A stretch of DNA of 64,000 nucleotides from a virus (taxonomy: Duplodnaviria > Heunggongvirae > Uroviricota > Caudoviricetes). Positions 48,687-58,330 of the stretch are shown piece by piece. The notes under the pieces are model-generated. The model saw nothing but the letters and a program-made list of their open reading frames with translations, was not told where the DNA came from and did not search any database. Position 1 is the first letter of the stretch; every line of letters begins with the position of its first letter. The stretch covers positions 1 to 64,000 of the IMG/VR virus record IMGVR_UViG_3300029841_000001. The stretch is one strand, 5' to 3'. Both the position numbers and the translations under genes were made by a program.

Positions 48687-48957
48687 TTATATCCTCCAAA
48701 TATTCTTTATTATATACTTCATTTACTTCTTCATCTTTTGGCATTTGAAACACGATACATATAAAACCTGTCTCAAAATTATTATAAGCTTGACCAATCA
48801 AATCTAAAACTTTGAGAGCCTTTTCTTTACTCGTATATTTTCCTAACAAAACATTACTGTTTGCATACGTTATTTCAATTGCATTCGCACGATCAATAGC
48901 AATTGTTTTACCTGCAATATCTACCAATTTAGTTCTATCCTGGCTTCTAATTAACAT
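48676..48957 (-). CDS. Hypothetical protein
   Basis: 93 aa. Confidence 0.35.
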   Translation of the reverse strand: MLIRSQDRTKLVDIAGKTIAIDRANAIEITYANSNVLLGKYTSKEKALKVLDLIGQAYNNFETGFICIVFQMPKDEEVNEVYNKEYLEDINEK

Positions 48958-48992
48958 ATTTTCTCCTTTGAAATGCCAAATTCATCATTAAG

Positions 48993-49379
48993 CTACTTTT
49001 TAAATCCAGAACTATACTCAAAATCATCATCATTAAATACAATAACTTCTTTATCACTCATACCACAAAATTCCATTTCATATTTTCTGATATAATCATC
49101 AATAGATTTCTGATGCATCTCACCGAAAAATGGATATGGAAATGTACTCACTTCATGATTTTTGACTTTATCATAATCAATTCCTTTTGATACACTAATA
49201 TGTTTACAAAATGCTTCTTCATTAATTCTCACCCAGTCTATGATTGAGTTCATATTAAATGTATAGGCTGTTTCAGATCCTCTAGTGTACGAAACAAAAT
49301 CAATTACAAAATCTGTCCAGGGATCTTTCTTGCTTCTGAATATCATTCCTGTCTTATATTTCTCTTTATACTTTTTCAT
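48993..49379 (-). CDS. Hypothetical protein
   Basis: 128 aa. Confidence 0.4.
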   Translation of the reverse strand: MKKYKEKYKTGMIFRSKKDPWTDFVIDFVSYTRGSETAYTFNMNSIIDWVRINEEAFCKHISVSKGIDYDKVKNHEVSTFPYPFFGEMHQKSIDDYIRKYEMEFCGMSDKEVIVFNDDDFEYSSGFKK

Positions 49380-50023
49380 TTTCCCCTCTCATATTTCATT
49401 CTTCTCTCTACTTCTTTATCATTTTCTTTATCATTGAAGTATTTATAAGCTAACATCATGGGATAATCAGAATCTTTAGCTCTTGGATATAACATATATT
49501 CACACCAATTAACTTCTCCATCATCTTTAACCCAGCTTGTGCCTTCAAATAGATTCAAGAAAACATTCTGATATGAATACTTTTCATTCTGCACACGATA
49601 ATCTTTGATGATTGTAGACTTATCATATCCACTAATTTTTACAAGAATATTATCAATCATGACTCTTTTACCTAATCGTACAAGCCATTTCGTAAACTCT
49701 TTATATGTTTGATTATATTCTCTATCTCTTAATGCAGCATCTACAACTAAGATGTATTCATCTTGTGTACGCAACATCCCTCTACTTCTTGTTCTATTAC
49801 CATACCTATCAACAAGATTATTAGTTCTTTCTCCAAATTCATCACAAGAACAGGAACTATTATGTCCATTCTTTTGAATTACATATACATCCATGTCTTT
49901 CTCTGAACCAGAAACTATCGGTAAATGTGCTAAGACGGTATCAAGAATATATCTTTTCTCTGCTTGTGTACGCCCTATTGGAGATACTGTTATTGTTCCC
50001 TGTATGTAAGTCCAACTACTCAT
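49376..50023 (-). CDS. Hypothetical protein
   Basis: 215 aa. Confidence 0.4.
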   Translation of the reverse strand: MSSWTYIQGTITVSPIGRTQAEKRYILDTVLAHLPIVSGSEKDMDVYVIQKNGHNSSCSCDEFGERTNNLVDRYGNRTRSRGMLRTQDEYILVVDAALRDREYNQTYKEFTKWLVRLGKRVMIDNILVKISGYDKSTIIKDYRVQNEKYSYQNVFLNLFEGTSWVKDDGEVNWCEYMLYPRAKDSDYPMMLAYKYFNDKENDKEVERRMKYERGK

Positions 50024-50221
50024 TTATAGCCCTTCCTCAGGATAATGTCCCTTAAATTTTTTAAATCCTAAATCTAAAGTACAAACATCGTTTTCTATAG
50101 TTTTATATCTAACATAATATTTCTCTTCAAAATCATCACCAACATTCGGAAAGGTGTTTTTGTCCAAATCTTCAAGATATTCTCTCGAATATGAAAGTGG
50201 TACATTTATAATTAATTTCAT
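50024..50221 (-). CDS. Hypothetical protein
   Basis: 65 aa. Confidence 0.3.
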   Translation of the reverse strand: MKLIINVPLSYSREYLEDLDKNTFPNVGDDFEEKYYVRYKTIENDVCTLDLGFKKFKGHYPEEGL

Positions 50222-50249
50222 AAACTATCTCCATAAAAGCAAGATTTCA

Positions 50250-50675
50250 TCAGTCACCACACAACTTTTCGGCATAAGTTTTTAATTCTACTACTTTACT
50301 ACGAGGAATTTTTACTGTCACTTTTTCATATACGTCAATGCTATTTAAAAATTCTGCGATTTCTTCTTGCTCAGATTCATAATCTAAATCATTATCTTTA
50401 TAAACACTCTCTAACTCCCATCTTAAATTCTCACCATCACATTCTAATTTCCCTTCAATGGCATATTCTTTATCTGATTTAAAGCTTTCTTTTACTGTAA
50501 CTTTTCCTTCTGTTTCGCTATATTTTCCATCAATGTCAGCAACATATACTTCGGTTGGAAAACACTCTTTGATTTTTTCATATGAAGATTTTTTAATCCA
50601 AATATTTTCCTCATATTCTACTCCGCTATAATATGCATAAGCGTATAAATTTGCCTTTACTAATTCCATTTTCAA
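50250..50675 (-). CDS. Hypothetical protein
   Basis: 141 aa. Confidence 0.4.
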   Translation of the reverse strand: MKMELVKANLYAYAYYSGVEYEENIWIKKSSYEKIKECFPTEVYVADIDGKYSETEGKVTVKESFKSDKEYAIEGKLECDGENLRWELESVYKDNDLDYESEQEEIAEFLNSIDVYEKVTVKIPRSKVVELKTYAEKLCGD

Positions 50676-51172
50676 TTCCTCCCATAATTTGATCTTCTGC
50701 TAATAACAACGCAATCTACTATATCATCTAGCATCTTTGATATTTCGCTATAAGTCCCACTAAATGCAGTTCCAGTTGTCTTTAATTCATATGTCCATTT
50801 ATCTTTATCTTTTGTACAAATAACTGGGATACTCATATATGTAACTGTTCCTTTCGGTATGATAACTGGACAATATTCATACGCATAATCTTCTTTTAAT
50901 ACTTTTAACCATGTTTGACAATTTTTATTGTATGATTTATATTTTGCTCTACTCATATGCACACGAATATATTCTTTTGTCTTATCAGAATAATCAATAG
51001 AAATAAACTTATTCACAACAAGTAAAACTCCATCTGTAATTCTATAAATGTCCTGATAATCTGTTTGTGCTACTACTTCCATATTTTCACCTCTATTCAT
51101 TTTTATTCGCTTTGGAAATTTCGACTTGAACAAGTCTAATAGATTTAATAGATTTTGATGAATAATTATCAT
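50672..51172 (-). CDS. Hypothetical protein
   Basis: 166 aa. Confidence 0.4.
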   Translation of the reverse strand: MIIIHQNLLNLLDLFKSKFPKRIKMNRGENMEVVAQTDYQDIYRITDGVLLVVNKFISIDYSDKTKEYIRVHMSRAKYKSYNKNCQTWLKVLKEDYAYEYCPVIIPKGTVTYMSIPVICTKDKDKWTYELKTTGTAFSGTYSEISKMLDDIVDCVVISRRSNYGRN

Positions 51173-51174
51173 TT

Positions 51175-51843
51175 CTATCCAAGCAGCTCTTTATATACTT
51201 TTAATTTCTCCGCTAACTCAGGATTGTCACTTGCGTACATCTCATACAGCTTTGTCTGATCCATTCTTGCAATCATTTTATCCATCTGTTTTTTAATTTT
51301 ATCTGCTTCTTTATTACGTTCTTTCTCTTTGCGTTCCTTCACACGTTTGTCATAAGACGATGTATCAACTTTGCATATGACCTCAGCGGTAATATCTTTT
51401 CTTCCTTTTTCTTTCGCTTCTTCTGGTGTAATAATATTCTTAATTGTTAGAACATTTTTATTTACTCCACTAACTAATATATTATCACCAATCGCATATG
51501 TGTTCCCATCATTAAATATTGCATAATGATAATCCTTTGTCATTCCATAATATCCTGTTTCTTCTTCCGTTACTGCAACTGCATAATATCCTTCTAATTT
51601 TGCCATGTTATTATTCTCACTTTCTATTTCTATAAGATGACCTTTATGAACTTCATCAATTATTCCATCATCAAAATATACTGTTACATACTTATAACTA
51701 TTTTCATCTCTTTCTTTTATAATCCCTGTCTTTCCTTGCAAAGGAGATAAAGGATACATATATTTAACTCTAATATCGCCCATTGTTTGTTTTTCCTCTA
51801 CAGCTTTCATCGAAAGCATAATCACTACAAGTCCACTTCTCAC
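51175..51843 (-). CDS. Hypothetical protein (probable true start at internal MGDIRVKY)
   Basis: 222-aa ORF. The internal Met is preceded by GAGGAAAAACAAACA. Confidence 0.4.
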   Translation of the reverse strand: MRSGLVVIMLSMKAVEEKQTMGDIRVKYMYPLSPLQGKTGIIKERDENSYKYVTVYFDDGIIDEVHKGHLIEIESENNNMAKLEGYYAVAVTEEETGYYGMTKDYHYAIFNDGNTYAIGDNILVSGVNKNVLTIKNIITPEEAKEKGRKDITAEVICKVDTSSYDKRVKERKEKERNKEADKIKKQMDKMIARMDQTKLYEMYASDNPELAEKLKVYKELLG

Positions 51844-51957
51844 TTTTATACATCAATCCATGCATTCCTCTAAATCTAGGATGTGGATATACGTCTACGA
51901 CAGCACCTTGAACTTATACAGCCACACCTATGTTTTCTCCTTGCTTAATATGTTTCA

Positions 51958-52368
51958 TCATTCCAGGTCAATATCCTTTCCATCAAAATCAGATAAGTCA
52001 ATAATCCATTCATATTTATCAGTTTCTTCGTTATAATGTTTTACGGATATCATAGCAACCCAATTCAGAATCTTTTTAAATAAGTTCTCATCATAATTAC
52101 ATTCTCTATTCCAAAATAAATTATTGCTAAATATGTAATACAGAAATGAATGTAACTTATTGTCTCTATGATTCTCCAATACCCATTCAACCATAGGAAA
52201 TAAAAATATCTGATTAGCAAGTTGATAAGTAATGTCAATGTCATCACAATAATATTTGTGATAATATCTATTCATTGCATTAAATACTGACCCGTACTTT
52301 TCATAATTGTATCTTCCCTTGCAAATAAGAAATATCTCTTTAGAAAATTTTTCTTTCTCCTTATCCAT
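51958..52368 (-). CDS. Hypothetical protein
   Basis: 136 aa. Confidence 0.4.
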   Translation of the reverse strand: MDKEKEKFSKEIFLICKGRYNYEKYGSVFNAMNRYYHKYYCDDIDITYQLANQIFLFPMVEWVLENHRDNKLHSFLYYIFSNNLFWNRECNYDENLFKKILNWVAMISVKHYNEETDKYEWIIDLSDFDGKDIDLE

Positions 52369-52690
52369 TATAATTCTCTCCGTAAACTGCTATTTCTGGT
52401 TTACCATCTTCATCCAATATGTAATATGGTGTAATGCCACCATAATGATCTGAACCTTGTACTACATATACAATTTTAGTGGTTTTATCATATACAAAAT
52501 ATTGACTGAATATACACCCATCATTTGATGCGATTTTTGTTTTCTTAATTTCAATAAATTGACCGAATGATTGAACTTTTTCACCTTTATCATTTATCAC
52601 TTTGTCACCACATCCAGTAAACGAAAGTGTCAGTCCAGATACAAGTAATCCAATTAATAGTTTCTTAACTTTCATTCTGTCCCCTCTCAA
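52361..52690 (-). CDS. Lipoprotein
   Basis: Signal peptide and lipobox MKVKKLLIGLLVSGLTLSFTGC; start probably at the internal MKVKK. Confidence 0.5.
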   Translation of the reverse strand: MRGDRMKVKKLLIGLLVSGLTLSFTGCGDKVINDKGEKVQSFGQFIEIKKTKIASNDGCIFSQYFVYDKTTKIVYVVQGSDHYGGITPYYILDEDGKPEIAVYGENYNG

Positions 52691-52693
52691 AAC

Positions 52694-53473
52694 TCACATT
52701 TCAACAATTCTGTATAATTGCCTATTCAGATAATGTTCAAGTAAATAATCATTATCTAGCCCAGTACCATGATAAAATTCTTCTGCAATTCCACCACCTA
52801 TAGCACATAATGTATCCATATCACATTTCAACGAGAATACATTTCGCAAGAAACTTTCATAATCATCACTTTCCAGAAAACATCTTATTGCAACAGGTAC
52901 ACTTCCTTGACAAGTTTCATTCCACTGATATGTCTTTCTATAGTCTTCAATTTTATATTCAACACTATATTGATAATCGTCTTTTGGGTAATTCTTCTTC
53001 ACATATTCATAGATTTCTGCTTTTGTAGCACCTGTTCTTGCCATATAAATGCACATTGCTGTTACAACTGCTCCTTTGATTCCCTCTGAATGATTATGTG
53101 TACACTCAGCAGATTTTGTAGCCCATTCGATAACTTCTTTTTCTGTATTAAAATGTTCTCCGACATAAGAACATCTCATTGCAGATCCATTACCAAAACT
53201 TCCATATGTAGTTTCATCATCGTATCTTAACCACGTTTCAAAATTGTTTCCATATCCTGCATTTGGATATTTTCTTCCCCATTCTCTATATGATTCTGCG
53301 AAAGATTTATTATTAAGAATTGCTAATTTAGCAGCAAGTGTCATTACAGTATCATCTGTAAAATAACATCTATCAGTAAATAACTTACAATTCTTCCAGT
53401 CTAAATCAATCGGTCTACCAAATTCATATTGTGAACCTGCAATATCTCCTAAAATTGCGCCAATGATAGCCAT
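52694..53473 (-). CDS. ADP-ribosylglycohydrolase family protein (ARH/DraG-like)
   Basis: N-terminal AIIGAILGDIAGSQYEF (GDALG.p.E motif) and FTDDTVMTLA (DDT motif); 259 aa. Confidence 0.6.
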   Translation of the reverse strand: MAIIGAILGDIAGSQYEFGRPIDLDWKNCKLFTDRCYFTDDTVMTLAAKLAILNNKSFAESYREWGRKYPNAGYGNNFETWLRYDDETTYGSFGNGSAMRCSYVGEHFNTEKEVIEWATKSAECTHNHSEGIKGAVVTAMCIYMARTGATKAEIYEYVKKNYPKDDYQYSVEYKIEDYRKTYQWNETCQGSVPVAIRCFLESDDYESFLRNVFSLKCDMDTLCAIGGGIAEEFYHGTGLDNDYLLEHYLNRQLYRIVEM

Positions 53474-53558
53474 AGTATTAATCTCCTTTATATTAAATTG
53501 TAATTTTTATGGGATTTTATTAAGAAATATTAGAAATTTTTACCATGAAACCACGATT

Positions 53559-53756
53559 CTATGTATTTACTTCTTCAAAAATATTTCCAATCTGATGTCC
53601 AATCATCTTCCTGTCTTTTATCTTCTTACATTTCGTACACCGACATTTACCAATCACAACTTCGCAACCATCATAATCATATTTAATATGTCGAGGTCTT
53701 TCGATCAATACCCACTCATGTTTACACATTAGCTGATCCATCCTTATCAATCTCAT
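53559..53756 (-). CDS. Zinc-ribbon protein
   Basis: CKHEW...CRCTKCKK. Confidence 0.3.
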   Translation of the reverse strand: MRLIRMDQLMCKHEWVLIERPRHIKYDYDGCEVVIGKCRCTKCKKIKDRKMIGHQIGNIFEEVNT

Positions 53757-54312
53757 ATTTTAATAATTCTCCATTTCTAATGATTATTCTTGAGCAAACA
53801 AATTTTACTTTCAAATCTGTATCCCATGAATCACGTTTCTCAATTCTTGTTATAATCACAGGAGCAATTCCATTCTTTGTACCGCAATAAATCAAATCTC
53901 CTGGCAGCAACACATCATACATATTCTCTTTTGATTTTGGCAATCTCCAAACATATTCTTTATTAATAATTCCATTTGGATGTTTACCATAAATATATAC
54001 AGTTGGTTTCTCTTTATATGTAAGAACTTTCTCAGGTGGAACTAAACGTCCATATCTTACACGTTGTTTATCAGTATATTTATGTTTTCTTAACGTGATA
54101 CGTTTTGCATCACAACTCTCAGCATTATGACTTTTTAACACCAGATACATTATGTAGCCATCTACTAAAACATTCTTCTCATCTACTACTATGTACCTAT
54201 CCTGATTTCCTATTTCTTTATAATATCTACAACATTTTTCATATTTGTATAAACTTGGTACACTATTTTCAAAACTCTCTGGAATTTTGATTTCTGAAAG
54301 ATTCATCTTCAT
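53722..54312 (-). CDS. Hypothetical protein
   Basis: 196 aa. Confidence 0.4.
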   Translation of the reverse strand: MKMNLSEIKIPESFENSVPSLYKYEKCCRYYKEIGNQDRYIVVDEKNVLVDGYIMYLVLKSHNAESCDAKRITLRKHKYTDKQRVRYGRLVPPEKVLTYKEKPTVYIYGKHPNGIINKEYVWRLPKSKENMYDVLLPGDLIYCGTKNGIAPVIITRIEKRDSWDTDLKVKFVCSRIIIRNGELLKYEIDKDGSANV

Positions 54313-56582
54313 TATGCAGTAGCCCCTTTCTTATTGAATCTAATGAAGTCGTTCCTCATATGTAAATAATTTCTCTTCTGATCAATCTCATATGTATTTG
54401 TTCTTTTAAAGTAGTCCTTAAACCAATCGTCAATATCCTCATCCATCTTATAAGCATAAGCAATAAGAGCAATAAGAGATTTATGATTTACTCCATCTAA
54501 GAGTTTTGAATTATTATCAACATCAAGTGTTACAACATCCAAATCTTCCTCATAATCCAGGATATCGGCATCTGTCACATCATCATCAACACACATTTTT
54601 ACAAATTCTAAAGTATCTTTATCTACTACTTCTCCACTAACATGCTCGATTTCTTTGTTTCCAATAGCTGAATACTCTGTTACTTCTGCAATAATTGGCT
54701 TCTTATCATCAGATTCTTCTACTACTTCTGTATCAAATAAATCATCTTCGATTACATCTAATTCTGATTCTTCAACAGAATCTTCTATATGTAAGTATTC
54801 TTTCATCAGAGTAAGTAAATGATTGAATCTTTTTGTTACAGAAGAGCGATCCTTTGTACCTTTCTGACCATTTAAACAATCATATGTAATACCGTCAATT
54901 TCCTTGCTATGTAATGTTTCTTTAAACTCCTGAATAAAATCATTGAATTTATTATCTTCAACGCCATATTCTATGAATTTATCAAATAACGCAAACCATA
55001 AAAATGAATTTTTGTTATTAAAAATATCCGATGTATCACCTCTTAACACATTAGATAATTTCTCCAATGTCAAATAGAAATCAATAAATACTGATTCATT
55101 TGCATTTTCTGTTAAGTAAATACACATTTTCCCAAAGTCTTTATCAAAATGGCTAAGATATTTAGATGTCATTATTGCTTCAATAATGACTCTTCTAAGT
55201 GATCCATTCTTGATATTCGTATTTGAATAACTTGACTTATCACAATCAACCTTAAAGAAGTCCATCTTTAAAATCTTATCTACATATTCGGCATAGGATT
55301 CTTCCAATCCTAGCCATCCTGACTGAGAAACGTTCATTGGTCTACATCTATTGAATCGTGCAATATCATAAGCAATATCTTTCTTTGTACAATTCAGATT
55401 AAGCATTACAGGAACTTGATAATCCTTAAATTTATCCTGTAATTCTTCTGGTAACTGAGAAAATTTCTTTCCACGAATATCAAATGTTTTACTTTCGGGT
55501 ATTGGAAATCCATCTTCATTCAAAATCACATTACCATCTTCATCTGTCTTATCAGTCTGATATTCAATCATATATCTCTGTACATTCTTTGAAACAGCAA
55601 ATCCATCTTCCAGATAATCTTTTAAATTTGTAGAACGCTGTTTGCCATCAATTAACCAGTGCATCGTAATTCCGGCTTTGATTTCTTCTGAAATTACAAT
55701 CTGTAAAAGTGAATTACCTTGTAAAATATCAGAAATTAATTCACTTTTTGTAAGTAAATTCCATTGTCCAGAAGTTCTTTGCAATGGATGATTATCTCTT
55801 AATCTGTGCTGTCTTAACTGTTTACTAAGAGATTCTATTGAATAACTGGTAGACTTTGTTCTTTCTGATGTTGTCGTTTTTGTTTCCATTGGTAATTCCT
55901 CCTCAATATTTACATTCTCGCATTCTTCTGTTTTTAGAAGTTTTCTTTTGTCATATTCTTTCATATCAGAAAGATATGTATAATATTCCTTATCGGAAAT
56001 ATGTAAAATCTCTTTGATCTCTGTAGAATTGTATCCTTGCATTATTAAATCCGCAATTTGACGTTGTATAGTTCCAAGAGAATTAATATATCTAATTACA
56101 TTTTCCCCAAGATTCAATAATTCTCCGACATCAATATTACTTTCAATATCAAAATCCGAAGGAATCACATCCATATATTTTGTTTCTCCATCATCTGTCA
56201 TTAAATTATCTAATGATGTTGGATAAATATATTGTTTGACTTCTTTATTACCTTCTTTTGATGTTACAATCTGACATCTCTTTCCTCTGTTTTTACGTGT
56301 TATATAGGTTTTTATCTTATTCGTAATTCCAAAATACATATAACCATTGAATTTATCTTCATCAAAATCTTCAATGTTCTGATCTAATTGACTTTTTATA
56401 TACTTTGAAATATATAAATTTGCTATTGAGTAACATTCTTCTCTATCAAAATCGGTGATACCACCAAACTGCGAAAGAATTTTATCTACCATAGTATGTA
56501 ATTTTTTTGCTGATTCTTCTGGTTTATCCTCGTTTACTTTATAGTACGATTCCAGAATTTCTTTGTAGTGCATCTGTACCAC
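54312..56582 (-). CDS. Sigma-70-like HTH (regions 2/4-like) fused to a DUF262 (ParB/DGQQR-type) domain and a long acidic C-terminal region
   Basis: N-terminal ~210 aa include LGTIQRQIADLIMQGYNSTEIKEILHIS (sigma region-4-like HTH). The middle has HPLQRTSGQW ... WLIDGKQRSTNL, i.e. the DUF262 [FY]QR..W + DGQQR motifs. The C-terminus is D/E-rich. Confidence 0.5.
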   Translation of the reverse strand: MVQMHYKEILESYYKVNEDKPEESAKKLHTMVDKILSQFGGITDFDREECYSIANLYISKYIKSQLDQNIEDFDEDKFNGYMYFGITNKIKTYITRKNRGKRCQIVTSKEGNKEVKQYIYPTSLDNLMTDDGETKYMDVIPSDFDIESNIDVGELLNLGENVIRYINSLGTIQRQIADLIMQGYNSTEIKEILHISDKEYYTYLSDMKEYDKRKLLKTEECENVNIEEELPMETKTTTSERTKSTSYSIESLSKQLRQHRLRDNHPLQRTSGQWNLLTKSELISDILQGNSLLQIVISEEIKAGITMHWLIDGKQRSTNLKDYLEDGFAVSKNVQRYMIEYQTDKTDEDGNVILNEDGFPIPESKTFDIRGKKFSQLPEELQDKFKDYQVPVMLNLNCTKKDIAYDIARFNRCRPMNVSQSGWLGLEESYAEYVDKILKMDFFKVDCDKSSYSNTNIKNGSLRRVIIEAIMTSKYLSHFDKDFGKMCIYLTENANESVFIDFYLTLEKLSNVLRGDTSDIFNNKNSFLWFALFDKFIEYGVEDNKFNDFIQEFKETLHSKEIDGITYDCLNGQKGTKDRSSVTKRFNHLLTLMKEYLHIEDSVEESELDVIEDDLFDTEVVEESDDKKPIIAEVTEYSAIGNKEIEHVSGEVVDKDTLEFVKMCVDDDVTDADILDYEEDLDVVTLDVDNNSKLLDGVNHKSLIALIAYAYKMDEDIDDWFKDYFKRTNTYEIDQKRNYLHMRNDFIRFNKKGATA

Positions 56583-56604
56583 CGATCCTCTCTGTTAATA
56601 GTTA

Positions 56605-57285
56605 CTATCGAAGCATATCCAATGCCAAGTCATAGTATTCAGTTCTTCCCTGATACTTCTCATATGTAGCTTTACTTAATTCAAACTTTAATTTTTCTAA
56701 TGTGTAATGATATGTAATAGCATCTTGCATTACTTTTATATAACATTGACATTGTTTGATCCGCTTATGTTTATCTCTTACATCATCAAGTAGATAACCA
56801 ACTTTTGCCATCTTATGCGCTTGTGGTTTCTTGCCACCAGATTCTTCCTTGTAAGTCTGTAATGCATGTTCAATATCTGCTTCTGCCGAATCATATTTAG
56901 ATAATGCTGTGGAAAGCATATTCTGATATGTAGTAAGCTGCGCCATATTCCATCCAGCAATACCTAAAAGATTATTTGTTTCTTGCATAATCTGATCAAG
57001 AATAGACACATCAAAATCAATATCATTCTTACCTACAAATACACCTTTATTACTTCTACTTCTTACTTCCTGTTCCGCAATTTTCTCTCCCGAAGAATCA
57101 TCCACCATATTGAAACTTCTAATCCAAGATAACTTCTTACTTTTATTATTCAACAAGGCTCTTGCTTGTTTAAAAGTAAATTTCTTTGCGTTTACCGGTG
57201 AAGTGCTGTACATGACCCTTCCTGGATGAATAGGATCATCCATGACATAGTTCTTACCATCTGTCAAAATGTACAATTTTAGCAT
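56605..57285 (-). CDS. Hypothetical protein
   Basis: 226 aa. Confidence 0.4.
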   Translation of the reverse strand: MLKLYILTDGKNYVMDDPIHPGRVMYSTSPVNAKKFTFKQARALLNNKSKKLSWIRSFNMVDDSSGEKIAEQEVRSRSNKGVFVGKNDIDFDVSILDQIMQETNNLLGIAGWNMAQLTTYQNMLSTALSKYDSAEADIEHALQTYKEESGGKKPQAHKMAKVGYLLDDVRDKHKRIKQCQCYIKVMQDAITYHYTLEKLKFELSKATYEKYQGRTEYYDLALDMLR

Positions 57286-57324
57286 CTCCTTTCATTCTTA
57301 TAAGTTTTACTTCTCTTCTGTAAA

Positions 57325-57398
57325 TGGAAATTATGGGATTTGAACCCATCATTAATCACAAAATAGTGATTTCTCAGTCCAATTTGAGCTAAATTTCC
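57325..57398 (-). tRNA. Probable tRNA gene with atypical anticodon loop (6 or 8 nt); no encoded CCA
   Basis: Minus-strand reading: GGAAATT-TA-GCTC-AAATTGGACT-GAGA-A-ATCAC-TATTTT-GTGAT-TAATG-ATGGG-TTCAAAT-CCCAT-AATTTCC-A. It has a perfect 7-bp acceptor stem, U8/A9, a D-arm with GG, a 5-nt variable loop and a canonical T-arm (GGTTCAAATCC). The anticodon stem-loop cannot be drawn with a 7-nt loop. Confidence 0.5.
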
Positions 57399-57517
57399 CG
57401 AAAATGAGTACAAAAACTACGATGAAACATGACTTTCATGTATCTCTTATTTATACATTCTCCATATTCAGTTGTATTATTATTGGAATAATCGCTGAAA
57501 TGCTATGAATTAATATA

Positions 57518-57655
57518 GAAACTACTTGACTTTTAATGCCAGACCAACTAAACTAATTAATAGCATTTCTGGGATTCCCGTCCCTCATGCTAAATCATTA
57601 TGTAAGAGGTTCTTATCTCATTATGGTGCGCCAACACCGAGATAAGAGCCTTTTT
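57518..57655 (+). ncRNA. Candidate small RNA on the plus strand (promoter-like element plus intrinsic terminator)
   Basis: TTGACT-17 nt-TAAACT promoter-like element at ~57518-57546. Downstream is a stem (A)GGTTCTTATCTC / GAGATAAGAGCC(T) followed by TTTTTTATTTT at 57598-57655. There is no ORF, and it sits in a ~500-bp non-coding gap. Confidence 0.3.
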
Positions 57656-57838
57656 TATTTTGCCTTTCGACTTTCTTATAATATAGCAAACATTTGTTTG
57701 TGTCAATACTCATCAGAACATTTGTTTGCATTTTTTTAATTATACCAAAAATTAGGTATAAATCCTATATTTACCATTGTTTATGTTTATATGTTACTAC
57801 CTTAGTATAGGAAATCGAGCGGTAATTTTTGGAAATTT

Positions 57839-58120
57839 TTATTCCAATTTTTTGATTCCCTTCTCCGCAAATAGAATAGTTTTTTCTTTGTTTTTATCAT
57901 GTGTTTTTAATGATGAAACAATGATGTTTCTATCATACATTATCGGAAATCCTGTAGATATAGCTTTGATCCCATGTGTGATGCTAATTGGAATAGCTTC
58001 ACAATCAGGAGATCTGCTATCTAAATCAAATGAGGAAAATAACACATTCTCTCCACCGTTTTTCTTATACTCAGTTAATAATTTTATAGCTTCGTCTACA
58101 GACACAATCTTTCCATTCAT
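57839..58120 (-). CDS. Hypothetical protein
   Basis: 93-aa ORF with protein-like composition; preferred over the overlapping low-complexity plus-strand ORF 57777..58139. Confidence 0.4.
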   Translation of the reverse strand: MNGKIVSVDEAIKLLTEYKKNGGENVLFSSFDLDSRSPDCEAIPISITHGIKAISTGFPIMYDRNIIVSSLKTHDKNKEKTILFAEKGIKKLE

Positions 58121-58179
58121 GCCAATTCCTCCACCCTAATCTTCTTTTTGCCAAATAAGTTTGCAAGGAAACATTTCTC

Positions 58180-58330
58180 TACCAATTCTCTTTCCTCTTT
58201 ATTGTCAACATTTCCCCATTTTTCTACTACGTCACGCTTGTCAATGGTAAAAATCTGCTCTCGTGAACTACCACGAAGCTAAAGACTTCGTAGCTTCTTG
58301 GGACTATACTCTTATGAGCATTTCATTACC
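58180..58330 (-). ncRNA. Predicted omega-RNA (reRNA) region at the 3' end of tnpB / right end
   Basis: Inferred from TnpB biology: the guide RNA scaffold derives from the tnpB 3' end and RE, and this region contains the RE hairpin. Boundaries are not determinable from sequence alone. Confidence 0.3.

Noticed and set aside
57777-58139. Plus-strand 120-aa ORF overlapping the minus-strand 57839..58120 ORF
   Set aside because: Its translation is hydrophobic and low-complexity (MFMFICYYLSIGNRAV...), whereas the minus-strand partner has a protein-like composition. Only the minus-strand ORF is kept.
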